Below, in pieces: positions 1 through 12,645 of a DNA stretch of 64,000 nt. The translations under genes and the position numbers were made by a program. Below the pieces are notes generated by a model, which was not told the DNA's origin, searched no databases, and saw nothing but the letters and a program-made list of their open reading frames with translations. The DNA lies in NCBI RefSeq assembly GCF_020745735.1, contig NW_026867487.1:3968001-4032000 (forward strand). Reading direction: 5' to 3'. Numbering within the stretch: position 1 is the first letter of the stretch; the number at the start of each line of letters is the position of its first letter. This stretch comes from Hemiscyllium ocellatum. Lineage: Eukaryota.

Positions 1-1044
1 GTTGTCAGTAATGAAATTCGAAAGTACATGGCGTCTGGTTAAGACTAAACAAAAATTGACAGAACCTTCTGCTGTATCTGATTTCAAAGCATAAATCAGA
101 CAGGAAACAGATATAACTTCCTGAGAGAATACGTTTCTTTCTGAGGCAACGTTGGCTTCTCTGTCATAGGTGGTGACAGCTATGTTGCAGTAGCCGTTAA
201 TTTTCTCTGATTCACTTTTCTGCCTTTCTCAGTATTTCCGCCTCTTTGTCTGGATCTGTCTCTGATGAGACAATCTCTTCTTGAATTATACATCCACTTT
301 TCTATAACATACATGACAGTAAATTCTGAATAAATAATCCAGTGAGGGAATACCGAGTTTGAACAAGCATAAATTGGATCCATCAGCAGGCAGCGTGAAA
401 ACGATGTCGAATTTTCACTTTGACATTGGATTGAGTGTTAACCAAGAAACATTACTTCCTTTTATTTTAAACCCAATAAACATAGCGATCAATCATCATA
501 GCGACAGCACACTAAATATAAACTGGCTAAGTATGGCAAGGGAATAACAAGGCAACACACAGTTTGAGGGAAAGCCAAGAGAAGATTCATGACTTCCGAC
601 ATAGCGAGTGAGCAGATAACAAGTAAGAATGCCAAATTTAGTAATTTCCAAATTATGATACATTTTACAGCTAGAAATGCGTCTAAGGTGAACTTTCCAT
701 GAAGCATGTAATCTACCAGGACATTTTGCGAGAGAAGGAAGACAATTGGATTTACATACACAGAAAAGTATAGAGAGGAGGAGTTTAACTTCAGTGAAGA
801 TTTCAATAGGCTTATGCTTGGAGATGGACAATCGTTGAGTATCACATTAAATGATGTCCGGTGGTAACATCGCATACTAAGGCGGTTGTTAAGAATGCTG
901 ATTTTAGTGTCTCATTGGATGTGGAAAATGTTGTAATCTCCCCTCTGCTCTCCCATTACTATCATTGACAGTCCTGGTATGGACAGCGATCCTGATCTGG
1001 TAACCACAGCTTGATTGATTCCCCTCCTGTCCGTCTTCATCATC

Positions 1045-1515
1045 ATGATGTTAAAACACGAGAACAACATATTCCCCGTTCAAGTTCTGATATTCTTGAT
1101 ATTGTGTGAGTTTATTTTTTTAAGTAGTCACCTTGTGTTACCAATCTCTCGGAACCTTCTGGCGGCTGAGTGGCGTTTCTTTTCTTTTTTACAGCAGTTC
1201 AGTGTGAGGCTGAGAGTTTACAGGCTGATCAGGTTGTGTGTCGGGAAGACAACCGAGTTGAACTTACTTGCCGACTCTCCATCGTTTCTGGCTGTTCTGT
1301 GTCCTGCTACAGGCAGACACTGACAGAGACTCCGAAATAAATCGGTTCCCTTCACCAGGGGAACCAGGCAATAGGTCGCGGCACATTGTCTTTTAACAGA
1401 GTGATGAAGTTCAACACCATGTCTATAAATGACACCGTGATTGAGAACGCTGGAATGTATTACAGTGCGAAGTAAACGCAGTGAGATGAAGTGCGGATTC
1501 GGCTGTACAATATCT
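1045..1515 (+). pseudogene. Antigen-receptor V pseudogene with IgH-like character (leader 1045-1105, V exon 1195-1476, 23-RSS 1477-1515)
   Basis: Leader MMLKHENNIFPVQVLIFLIL followed by donor T|gtgagt; acceptor ttttttacag|. The V exon reads without frameshift: SVQCEAESLQADQVVCREDNRVELTCRLSIVSGCSVSCYRQTLTETPK*IGSLHQGNQAIGRGTLSFNRVMKFNTMSINDTVIENAGMYYSAK. Lesions: Trp41->Cys (TGC 1305-1307), TAA at 1338-1340, Cys104->Ser (AGT 1464-1466). RSS is CGCAGTG-23-ACAATATCT. Confidence 0.85.
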
Positions 1516-1784
1516 TCACGATACCGTGTCCCATTTATAGCTGTTCAAGAAGTGAGTTTTACAAGGAGATTGAGATTGGAAACATTACTTTGTGATGCAT
1601 TAACTTACGTCTGACTTCAGCTACAAAATGTTACCACATCCTACGACATACAAAATAGAAGGATACAACTTCAATGAAATGTTCACTGTTGCTTTGTTCT
1701 AAAAATTCAAAATGGACAGCACAAAACCGATTATGCCTTTCACATCCAGAGATAGAGAAATGATGGGACAGGTAAAGACAAAGA

Positions 1785-1870
1785 TAGATAGATAGACAGA
1801 TGGATAGATAAACTGATTGATGGATAGGTTGATAAATATGAATGGAAGGCTCGATACTTAGATAGATAGA
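1785..1870. repeat. Degenerate (GATA)n microsatellite
   Basis: agatagatagatagacagatggatagata... visible directly. Confidence 0.85.
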
Positions 1871-2659
1871 AATGTTTACGCCACCTGTATTCACTTGTCT
1901 GTTACTGATGTCTGCTTGTCCATATCATTATGTATATTTCGTTTATTTTTCTTTAAGTTTACAGCTATTTCTTTTCACTGGGATATGTATCAGATAACAA
2001 TTTAGCAGAGATCTATCCGGTAGCCCATTTCCCTTCAACACACACTGTTCCTGCCTCGAAATAAGTTCGCATTCTGAGACACACACAGTCTGCAATTAAG
2101 CACTCGAGTCTCCACTTTCAGGAATGAGAGGATTCAAGTGAGTTTTAAAAAGTTTGTAGACGGTGAGAAAGGCTCCACTTGTTTCACTGTTAACACAGTC
2201 CAGCTGTCAGTTGCCGCCATGTAATATTCCGAAATCAGCAATGCTTCCACATTAAGGTTGCAATTATTGAGGTGAAATCAATCTGTTTACTGTAAAGAAA
2301 TATGTGTTATATTGGTGACTTGAAAACTCGCTGAATATAGGCAAGTAATCTTACAATGCAATTAACATCAACTAAGGTGAATAGGTAAAGGAATACTCGA
2401 ACAAAATAATTCTTCAATATTCATGAAAATGGTTTAAACACAATTCCTGAAAGATTACATTGCCCTGGGTGGCGCTGGAGCATATTCTCTATGACCAAAT
2501 TTGACATACCTGACTACTTGTCCATGTCCTAGATGACACTTTACTTCATAAGGTGCAGATATGAAAGTGGGTGGCACACCTTCTGCTTACTAGAGTCAGA
2601 ATTAACACAAAGGTAATTGCTTTTGGTTATTGGACTTCAGTCATCTCAGCCCCAGGGCG

Positions 2660-2990
2660 ACAATTTTCAAATTTCATCTACTTCATCAATTACACTCATT
2701 CTATTATTGGCACAGATGTGTCAAGCCAAGGCTTGGAAATCACTGATGCCGATGCTCGTACACCTGACCAGATACAGAAGCATTCCTAAAGTCAAATGAT
2801 GCAGCCCCATACCGAAAATCAGCACTCAACATCTGAGAGGCTGTGAGTGATCTGTGCACCATTTAGTTAGGTCCGTTGTATCAGTCTGCCCTGGACTGTA
2901 AGAGTTGGACATCTTTACTGAAAATTGTGCAGTATGTAGTTTGTGACTCTTCAGATATTGAAGCAATTCGTCTGCATATGCAGAAAGAGT
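2660..2990 (-). pseudogene. Possible heavily decayed V remnant
   Basis: The minus strand has an acceptor-like ttcag|, then YCTIFSKDVQLLQSRAD*YN (Cys...W-Y spacing with TGG->TGA), and later ISDFQALA*HICA resembling a V end. Several frameshifts are needed and there is no credible RSS. Confidence 0.3.
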
Positions 2991-3868
2991 TGGATGGTAA
3001 TCACGTTGGCCTGAATAGTTTCAATTTACATTCGTATCAGACTATTGCCAGGTTGTGATTAGCTTTATAAAGAGCGAACATAACCAAAACTTCATGAGTC
3101 CCAATGGCATTGCCATCGTTGAAACACCACTATCAAAACCTGGTGGGCGTTCATTCACTAGAAACAGGAGCAGCCATATCAGTAGTGATGATGTAAGTGT
3201 AGGTCAAAGCGATAGTATCCCACAGCGAGTCATTCACATTGTCACACCCAAAGTCTGTTTACCATCCATAAAGTGCAATTCAGTACTTGATGGAATACTG
3301 TCCACTTACCTGGAACATTAGGGATTCAGCAATAAGCGTAAAAGCTTGAGACCATTCAGGAAAAAAAACAGTTACAGTTGTCACAGGATAACGAATGCTC
3401 GTTGTTTTGGAAATGCTTATTTTGAAGTGATATTAGTTATCTATAAAGGGAATGGTCTCAATTACAATTAAGGGTATTCAATTAGTTATGTCTAGAAGTC
3501 GAAAATGAGCAAGTTTCAGAGAATACTTTATTAAGGTAAAAACGGAAAGAACTACGGATGTTGGAAATCAGAAAAAAAGCCATATTTTGCTGGAAAATAT
3601 CCACACGTTCGGCAGCATCTCTCGAGTGAAATTCGATTAACATTTTGTGTCCAGTAACACTTCCTCAGTAGTTATAACGGCAATTGGTATTGTGAACTGT
3701 GTTTACAGATGTAACCTATCTGTGAAACAGAATCTCCTTTGTTTTTCTTCAACGTCCTGCGCTTCATCGGTTTTTAAAAGTTTTGTGGTTCTCGCTCCAC
3801 CTCTGATTCAATTGATATGTTTCCCCTTATTAGATCCCCCTCCAGAGCACACAAACTGAATTTCTCAA

Positions 3869-4387
3869 GTTTTTTGTACTCGTTCCGCTCTGTCTCTGCA
3901 TCAGTGTGGGCTGCTGGGCACAGAGATACACGGCGCTGTCAGAGATGAGGATATTGCGGATTGATAGTACAGTGATCTTGGCAGTTTTATTTGAAGAACT
4001 TCGATCACTGATGCCAGTGTTACTTTGCACACTCATCCTAATAAGGTGAATCAAGAAGTCTGGAGGATCCATGGAACGTTGACTGTACGAGTATGCATCG
4101 GGGTTTAAATCAATTGTTTTCAAATTGCAATTAGGACGACATCCTTTCCCTCTTCAACCATCATTTCAGGAAAAGGTTGTTCAACTCTAATCTGTTGGCT
4201 GCATTCTAACATGAGAAGTGAAGTAAAAATGACAAATAATATCGACTTCATATTGATCAGCATAATCGTAGCTACCTCATCGAAAAACAATAACATTTCT
4301 GTTGCAACAAAAAAAGCCTTTTCTGAGAAGGCGATACTTACTGAGAATAGAAAAGGTGATCAAGAATGGCATGAGCTATTTCGCCAT
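3869..4387 (-). pseudogene. TCR alpha/delta-type V pseudogene (leader 4342-4387, V exon 3909-4205, RSS 3869-3908)
   Basis: Leader ATG GCG AAA TAG CTC ATG CCA TTC TTG ATC ACC TTT TCT ATT CTC A|gtaagt has an in-frame stop. The exon reads ECSQQIRVEQPFPEMMVEEGKDVVL, then a frameshift, then CNLKTIDLNPDAYSY(W41->S)SQRSMDPPDFLIH...ISDRSSSNKTAKITVLSIRNILISDSAVYLCAQQP. RSS is CACACTG-24-ACAAAAAAC. Confidence 0.9.
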
Positions 4388-4542
4388 CAAGTTTGCCGAT
4401 TCTAACTAGAATGGAGCAGAAATGCAGAATCTTGCCCAACTTCTTTGTTGCTCCAGTCAATGTTACAAATGTTGCTGCTGCAGCAATCGCTCCAAAAGCA
4501 TATTTCGCTCAGGCTGAATGGGCGGGGATTGTGGGCAGGAGC

Positions 4543-4572
4543 TAAAGCAGGAAACGGAAACTTTGGGCGGGA
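4543..4572 (-). promoter_or_regulatory. Candidate V promoter element (GC-box plus ETS-like core)
   Basis: Minus-strand TCCCGCCCAAAGTTTCCGTTTCCTGCTTTA lies about 160-185 bp upstream of the leader ATG. A close match lies upstream of the paralogous V at 28557-28587. Confidence 0.5.
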
Positions 4573-6552
4573 ATACAAAAAGCTCTAATGTCAACGATGC
4601 GTGTAGTGATTCTCAGCTGCATTCGGAGTTGAGAGACAGAGATGGTTGTATCTCCGACCTGTAACATGTCTTCAAAACATTCAAACTATCACTATCTTTC
4701 AATACTCTACTTCTTTTTTAATAGTTAAGAGTATTTTAGTTATATCTGCGCAGAATTTAAAACAGAATAAATAACTTTTCGAACACCAGTAACATTACCA
4801 TAATTCTAGTTTGGGGAACGGTAAATGGAGCAGTTGTAACACTGCAGTAGACAATATAATGTCCGATCTTGATTCACACGCAGATGCTCTCAAGAAAAAA
4901 ATAACTTTTGAAAAGAGAAAGTCATAAGCGAAACTTTTGTTCTTTGAAATTAAATATGGTCAAATTTGTGTGATAATTTTAATGTCCAAAACATAAATAA
5001 TGAAAAATGTGTGAAATAAATCATTTGTAAAAATGTAGATAACAATGGTGGTGAGGGTGGCGTCGTGATATTACTACACAAGTAAATCAGAGGTTGAGGC
5101 GAATATTCTGCAAACAAGTCGACTAACAGAATGTAAATTCAGCAATGAAATATAATTAGCGAGTCCTTCGAAGGCTAAACGTTAAACAAGAATACATTGG
5201 TGTGCAAAAAAGAATCAGAATGCCAATGTTCTTTTCAGAATGAATGATGTCATAGTTATCTGTCCTGGCTGACATGTGATTCAAGACATAACCAATTTCG
5301 GTTGACGCTTGATTGGCTTTCAAAAGCCATTGAAAGGCACTCTGTTCAACGGCAATTAAGGAAGGCTAAGGAATGCTGTCTTTCCAAAGGACATACACAT
5401 AAAAGGGAAAAAAAATAAAGCACTCTAATTGAAGCAATGCATAATTTCATGATGATCACCGATCAAGAAAACATTTTAAATGTAACTATTGTCCATCTGA
5501 TCTGGTGCCCAGAATGCATCACGATTGTTCTTATGTGACATTGCTCTGTTCATCGTATATAAGGTGATATGCAATTATATCAAATGTCATGAATATTTGA
5601 CTATATTAATGTGATCTTAAGAATTAGTGGTACAAAGTTGCTAGATGTGGTTACTTTTGAATGACTTTAAATTATTTCTCATTTTACAATCCCTGATACA
5701 TTTTACATACTTGATTTCATTTTGAGTAATTTCATGTTCGCATCCATTACAGAGGTGCCTTTTGCTTTTCAGTGTCACATGCATTGATCACTCAGTTTTC
5801 ACTCGAAAATGTGGCTTTACAGTTGTTTATCTATTCTGTGCAGTATGTAAAATGGTGCTGCATCAGAGGAACTGTAACAAATAAAGTTGATAAAGGATTG
5901 GAGGAAGAAATAGTAGAGCTAGTCACTCAAAGCTTGGATATAAAGTTGCATTACAGGGGAGGACCTATAGAAGAGAGGAGCGAGGCAGTCATTGGAGGAG
6001 GGAATTTAAACGCTTACAATCTCAACGATAAACACGTTCACAACTCAAGCGACATTGGTCAATCCCAGGGTTGTGCAAGTGAATACCGTGAAAGGGACAC
6101 CATGACATTCAATCTTTGCCTAGCTTTTCAGGAATTGGTGTGACTGTGGAAGAATTTGAAACTCAGACGGAAAAGATAATAAAAGTCATGCTTTGTCAGG
6201 CAGAAAGTCAATGTAAGTCAGAAAGCAGAGGATTTGAAGATGAATTGGACATGGAATGTTTAAAGCTATGGACTACATAAGGATGCCATTCAATTGTATA
6301 CTTAGCTTTAGGCGTTTTCTCAGTAGTCAGAGGGTAGAACCTGTAGCAGACAAGATTGCAGTGACTCCTGCATTAACGAATGTTTAACCAACAATGGATA
6401 TCAAGCAATGACCAACTTTGTTGAAATAGACTGATTTTCAGTCTGTGTAGGAGGGTAGAAATGCAATGCATTTGGATTCGTCCACTATCAGACTGCATGT
6501 GTTTCATGTTTGGATATTGTTGTTATTCTTTCTCTCTCTTCATCTTCCATAA

Positions 6553-7440
6553 CAAACATGGTGGCGATTATTATCCTACTCCACGAACGTTGTTGTCTTG
6601 CACGTTGCATCAACTACTACCCACTGGAGACAGCGGTTGCTGGTTACTTTGTTATCATCACTGGGTGTATCGTCAACATGATTTAGCCACATCTAATTTA
6701 GCTGCAGTGTTCTGGACACCATGTCCAACTGCAGCCTCAGTGCTGTGCTGGTCAATGCCATGTAGGATTGATCCGTCTGGCTAATGGTGTTTTTCACCTT
6801 CGAGCGTTTTGTTGCCCTCTATTATCAGAGTTTGAAGACCAGATACTGCACCGAGAAAGCTATGTCACTGATCAAAGGGTTAATGTGTGTCCTGCTCTGT
6901 ATCAATACATTTTTTTTATATTTCATCTACCAGCCCATGTAAATACTGGATACAGTGTCATGTATCAGTGATTTCCGAATGATCTTACGCACTTCACACA
7001 CTTGGCAGATCTATCGATGCTTTAACCATACCGCAATCCCCTTTTATTCCCTTACTCCTCACTCTGCTCCTCAACACTTTAACTGTAAGACACATCTTAA
7101 CGGCCAGCAGAGCTCACAAGAAACCTTGTAGAGCCGGGAATGATGGGAACTCAGAGATGGCGAGCCACAAGAGATCCATTGTCCTGCTACTTGCAATCTC
7201 TCTCAGTTTCCTCATCTTCTGGGTCACATCTATCATTCATTTTCTGCACATAATGGTTACCGTTGAAGAGTACATTGGCACACAAATCTTCAGTTATCTC
7301 AAATCCGTCCTTCAAGAGACAAGCAACGTGCTTATCTTATTCAGCTCCTGCAACAGTCTGCATCTATGTGGTATCACAGAACATGTTCCAGAAAGAGCTT
7401 AAGAAAATAATGATGTGCCCTTATGAATGCTCACTGCCAG
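6553..7440 (+). pseudogene. GPR139/GPR142-like class A GPCR pseudogene
   Basis: Reads TNMVAIIILLHERCCLARCINYYPLETAVAGYFVIITGCIVNMI* and later MASHKRSIVLLLAISLSFLIFWVTSIIHFLH...LQETSNVLILFSSCN. It is collinear with the intact exon at 62177-63099, has many stops and frameshifts, and the acceptor AG appears mutated to AA. Confidence 0.9.
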
Positions 7441-7899
7441 CACAAATTCGTAGGAAGCAACAAGAGAAGATCACCTTGTTAGTATTTCTCTTTATTGTGT
7501 GCAGTTAGGTGTGTAGCACTCTCTCCCAGAATCAGACATTTGTGGCTTCAGGTCTGCATGATAACCGTAAGAGTACTTCTCCAATGCGAATATTTCCCTG
7601 TAGCCAGTTCTAAAGGGATTGGGAGTCCGGCTGTCCAACATAGATACTTAGTCAAGGCTTGTGTCGATAGACTCAGGAAGCATGGGGAATATTCCATCTT
7701 TATTACTTCAGAATGAACAGAGGTTTCTCTCTCTGACTCTGGTTAATCGTTATCACTCGCCTAAAACAGTGAGACTGTTATTCATCTCGCACTCTCATGT
7801 TTTTGAATCTTACTCTGCTCATTCTTTGCTATTTTACTAACAAAATGACTGGAAATTACATAATTCACATCAAATTACGTAATTGGTCCTTTCTTCCTT

Positions 7900-7980
7900 T
7901 CGCCCTTGCCTATGTCCTTCCTTCGTTTCACCCATCCTTTCTTCCTTCCTTCAGTCACTCTTCCCTCCCTTCCTTTTCAT
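7900..7980. repeat. (TTCC)n-like simple repeat
   Basis: ttcttcctttc...ccttcgtttcacccatcctttcttccttccttc...ttccctcccttcctt. Confidence 0.7.
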
Positions 7981-8029
7981 GACTAGTTCATTTTTCTCGT
8001 TGTGAAAGAAAGAGGAATGTGTCATTAAC

Positions 8030-8240
8030 GAACTGCTCCTTGAGAGGGCCCAGGCATACAAGTCAAAACCAATTGGCTTCCTGCTTTGATACATTGTTTT
8101 AATCAGAAGGATTCGAATCCTCTGATCAGCCCAACGATAGTGCATAAAAACAGGAGTCAGATAGTTTGTGGTACAATCACAGAAACTGATGTGTGCAGAT
8201 TCAGCCATGGTTTGATGGAATCAGTAAAAAATACAAAAAC
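8030..8240 (-). pseudogene. Truncated TCR V-like remnant
   Basis: ORF 7951-8208 contains ESAHISFCDCTTNYLTPVFMHYRWADQRIRILLIKTMYQSRKPIGF, which aligns by eye to VTLxCxYTTxxxxPYLFWYRQYPxQ with W41->H. It has no C104 or RSS and runs into a simple repeat. Confidence 0.45.
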
Positions 8241-9789
8241 TAGACATAATCTGTTATACGTGTGAGTACATTCCAACACAATAGAAAGGGAGTCAGAATC
8301 GTTTAGCAATGATAAACGCAAGTATAAGAATAAAATAATTCTTGAATGGTCGTTTGAAATGTAGTCTCTGTTTCTATTAGCAGTGAACGTTTAATTGAAC
8401 TTGAGCGTATTTGTCATTCTAACTGATCATTCGTGGCACTGGATTCATAGAAATGTGCACATTTTCCCTTCCTAAAGTCTCACTTTATTTTGTAAGTATT
8501 TATCTGCTTTCGCTTAATCAGCACGGTTTGTTTAAACCTACTCTAAATTAGATTGTATGATTGGAAACTCGTCTGTCACAACGTTTCAGAACATTACCAA
8601 GTGTGTTGGAAAGTTTCTCAAATGTTCAAGTCACAGTTCAGAACTAGTGGCAAAATCAATTTATCCCAATTTCCGCTATACTTCTAACTTCTCATTTACT
8701 GTTTTTGAAAGAAGAGCTCTCAAAACTGGTATGCATGCTTGAATATTGTCCTCAACAGTCACGTATTCAAGGTTATGTTTCGATGTGTTCTATGATCTGA
8801 GTTCATTTTGTGTAACCTCAATTCCTTAAGTATCTATGACCATCAGCCACTTGCTCCCTCATTTCCCTTCAGACATCCAATTCATTATTCATTTTCTCAG
8901 GTAAAAGAATGTTTTTAACAACATATATTTATTTAATACTTACATTCATTGGTGGATCAGTTTACATATATGTTTTGTTTTTGTAAGGCAAACAGAAATT
9001 ATGATCTTTCATTTTGCTTTATTTAAGTAACCCTTTTTTATACATCTGATAGTGCTTCGTGATCATTCACCCCTGTAACTGCGTAAGTAATCTTAATATA
9101 CTAAGCCTGTTTTAAACTTACTAATATGTTCAGGAGATGCTGGATTGCAGAGTTGTCCAAAAGAGTATTCTCCCCTTATATAGTTTCAAGTAGACGTAGA
9201 TATTTGCAGCTTTGAGAAATTAACCTGAAACAAATACGAGTATTATGGATATTTGTGTTTTATCTCCTTGAATTGAAGGTAAAGTAAAAATAAAAAAGCA
9301 CAATTTAAAGTGAAAGAAACACATATATTATAGGGGTATGTGATTCCATGCACATTCTGTCCGCATTGTCGTTCTCCTAAAAAAAAAAGAAGTCTTTCCA
9401 ATTTGCTGGACAACTCCACCTGACAATTTATTAAAGTTTTTCCTCATTGCTTGCGGATGGCCCTGAAATCACACACATTTCGTAAAAATACTTTTAGCAG
9501 AGACCTGAACACAAGTGGGGTGTTTATAATAGCGACAACAAAAACACATATCTACGCAGGTCCTGCCTTAATAAAGCATGACTCTCATGAAACCGTGCCA
9601 TGCTGTACTGGTTCGTTGACTGCTGAGTATGAATACTTGCAATCACGACTTGATGTGGTGCCTAAATTTTGCAGAGAAACTGTTACTCAGCTTAAGTTTC
9701 CTGTGTTGAGAGAGAGAAAAAGAAAATGAAGTAGTGTTTTATAACTAGTAGTTGATCGCTCAGAAAGTGAAAGATAATCATAACAATTA

Positions 9790-12645
9790 ATGTCATAAAG
9801 CCATAGTGATGTACAGCACCGAAACAAAGTCTTCGTTCCGACTTGTTTGGGCCATTTAGTTATCATACATGAATCTGGTCACATTTTGCTAGTTTACCTT
9901 CAAACTATTCCAATTCATTTAGCCACCCCAATGTCTTGTAAATGTAACTGTAACTGTGTCAGCCTCCATCAGTTCCTCTCGTAGCTCATTTCATACATGT
10001 ACCACGATCTGCGTGACAAAGGTATACCTTAGGTTCCTTTAAAATCTTCCTCCGCTCGCCTTAAACAAATGTCTTCTAGTTTTTTTTTGTTGAAATCCAA
10101 GCCCCAGGAAATGGAACTAATCTATTTATCTCATCTATTGCACTCATGATTTTATGATTCGCCAGTTGGGCTGACGTGCCAGTTTCCATGTTGTACATCT
10201 CTATGAATCTATGACCCCTCAGCCTCCGACACTCTGGGGAAAATATGACCAGCCAATTCAAACTCTCCCTGTTGATCAAACCGTCCCACCCTGCCAACAT
10301 CTTTGTAAAACTTTTATGAGCCTTGTCAACTTTCACACTATCCTTCAATTCGATACTTAAGGAATCTTGCTTTCCGTAGAACATCAAGATATTTAAAATT
10401 CATACCGTTCCGAGATTTTGCACAAGGAAGCATTTTTAATGCAGGTTGTTCGGTGTTGTTACATTGACATTGCACGGTATATTATAGACACCCAAATAAG
10501 TCACCATGAGTCTCGGACATTGCATCTGTAGGAAGAAATTAAGCAACATAGGTATTGCTCTAAACAATCAATAACGTCAGTTCCAGCTTTGACTTCTTAA
10601 CTCCACCTCCTCCCAAACACTGCCATTCATTTTCGTCCACATTTATTTCTGGATTTCACATTGTCCCGCTCTATGTTCAGATTTTGAAATTATATTTTCC
10701 TCAATTACCAGCATAAATTTAATTACGAACCTATCAGACAAATAACGCTAACAAGCCACTCACTGACACAGAATTAAAACATTTTCGATGTAAGAACCTA
10801 TAAAGGGAGCACGTAAGTGCAAAATAATAGTCAGCAATTTGAAAGATGATAACTTGTCTTTTGCTTATTTGTCACTTTCCAAAGCTCCAATGGTCATGGT
10901 GAAAAGTCTGTGTCTTCTTTCGCCTGTGTAAATGAGGTTCACTTCCTCATCGTTACGAATTGCAACTCTATTCACTTTATCTGCAATTAAGTTCAAATTA
11001 AAATGTATGAAGTTTATCACCGGTTTAGATTGGGAGAGATTCAAAAATGTGTTCCTGAGTAAACGGGTCGACAACAGGGGACACAGTTCAAAGTGAAGAA
11101 GCAACATTTTCTGAAAGGATTTGTGAAAAAATTTCCCAAATTGCTTTGGGTATGGGGAACTCATTGCGTCAAAGAATAGTGGAGGCAAGGAATTTCAAAA
11201 CGTTCAACTCGTGCTTTGATGTGTGTTCAAACGTGACAGCTTACGAAGCATAGGTCAAAATGGCGAAAGTTGGACGAGAACAAGTCAATGGTTGATGTTT
11301 GCTGTGGAAGTGATGGATTAAAGTGTTTTCTTTTATGTCAAGACTCTTTGCCTCAGTGGCAGGAGAGAATATCATTTTCCATAAATTTTGACATTGGGCC
11401 CTTGGCCCAATGTAAGTAGATTACCTTAAGTAAATCCCCCACTATCAACAGCCTGAGTGCTACCATTGAACAGAACCTGAAATGGATTCACCATTGAAAT
11501 ATTGAGGTCTCAAAAGCAGACCATAGTATAGAAATCCTGCAACGACTGATTCACCTCCTGCTTCACCAAACATGATGAGCTATCTGCAAGTCATAAGAGC
11601 ATGATGAAATATTCTTCACTTTTCCAGCTAGTACACGAGCACCCGTCTAACTCGCACAACATTCAGAACAAAGCAGACGGATTAATTAATGCCACATCCA
11701 CAATCATTCGCCATTTCCTCCAAAGTTGCAGAATAGCAGTTGTATCTGAAGAAAGGTCAGAGAGGACTCGAAATATTACCTCTTCCCCTCTCGACATACT
11801 ATGACAGACCTGCTGAATTTCTTCAGTGTTGTCTGTTTTCTTTCAGACTTCCGGCCATCTACAATGCGCATTTCCGAAATTCGTCAAGTTTTTTTTCCGA
11901 TAGCGCACTCCAAACCAACGATCATTTTATTCCAGAATGACAAAAGTACCAGGTACATGGGAACATCACAAATTGCCAGTTCCCATCCAAGCCATTTGTC
12001 CTCTCGACTCCGAAATATTTCGCCATAACTTTGGTGTTGCCGAGTGGAAATTCTGAAACTCCAGCTTTAGAGCATTGGCAGACTATCAACACGAAATACA
12101 TTGCCATGCTTCATCATCACCTCCTCACTGAAAAATAGGAAAACAAATATTGATTGAGTTAACGACTCACATGTACCTTGGAACAAGCCTGTTTTCCAAT
12201 TATTATCATCCAAGTTATGTACATTTTACTTTTACAGTGATCGTGTTTCTTATTCTTGTAATTGATTACAGAATGTTAGACAACTGATCGAAAAGATGAG
12301 AAGAGACAATTTAAGGTTAATAAGAAGACTTCCAGTCGTACTATCAGACACTCCAGTTGATAGATATATTTCGAATCAATTTGGAAGAATAACCCGAAAA
12401 TTCGTTGCCAGTAGACTGTTTAAAAAAATAATGGAATCATTCATTTGTCAACCTTACAAACTGAAGTTCCACAACTGTATTTTAGTCTTTTCATTGAACT
12501 GCAACTGAGCTGCATGAAGAATTTTAGCATCTCATTGGAGACTCTCATTTAGAATAAATGAAAGACACTTTGAATCTGTTGTACAAAAGAATTGGGCAGA
12601 GTGGAAAATCTCATTCGTTTCTAAAGGACCATACACTGCCCATGG
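9790..12645 (+). repeat. Segmental duplicate copy A, left part (paralog of 34310-37500)
   Basis: Carries the same ordered mosaic of old LINE fragments and unique spacers as copy B. Example: 10270-10500 ccctgccaacatctttgtaa...ttgcacggtatattat versus 34800-35000; also 11660 attcagaacaaagcagac versus 36170. Confidence 0.85.
11560..12200 (+). mobile_element. Old LINE 3' end (CR1/L2-group), inside duplicate A
   Basis: NIQNKADGLINATSTI matches the RT C-terminal tail also seen at 59310-59400. The paralogous copy at 36080-36720 retains agaaggacaagggcagctggtacatggg, the same family 3' region as 59515-59545. Confidence 0.7.

Noticed and set aside
2150-2260. Minus-strand stretch resembling the intron end and exon start of the MWLSVLSL V family (ccgaaatcagcaatg)
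   Set aside because: The match is too short and no downstream V framework is present.
8102-8124. Near-perfect palindrome TCAGAAGGATTCGAATCCTCTGA
   Set aside because: A single short hairpin inside a decayed V remnant; compatible with chance.
11560-12200. Apparent decayed Ig-superfamily or signal-peptide ORF shared by both segmental duplicates (CRVEILK / CQVEILK resembling NKp30/CD28; also at 36080-36720)
   Set aside because: The DNA matches the 3' end of the same old LINE family seen at 58990-59770 (IQNKA.., agaaggacaagggcagc). The Ig-like spacing is wrong, so the resemblance is coincidental.
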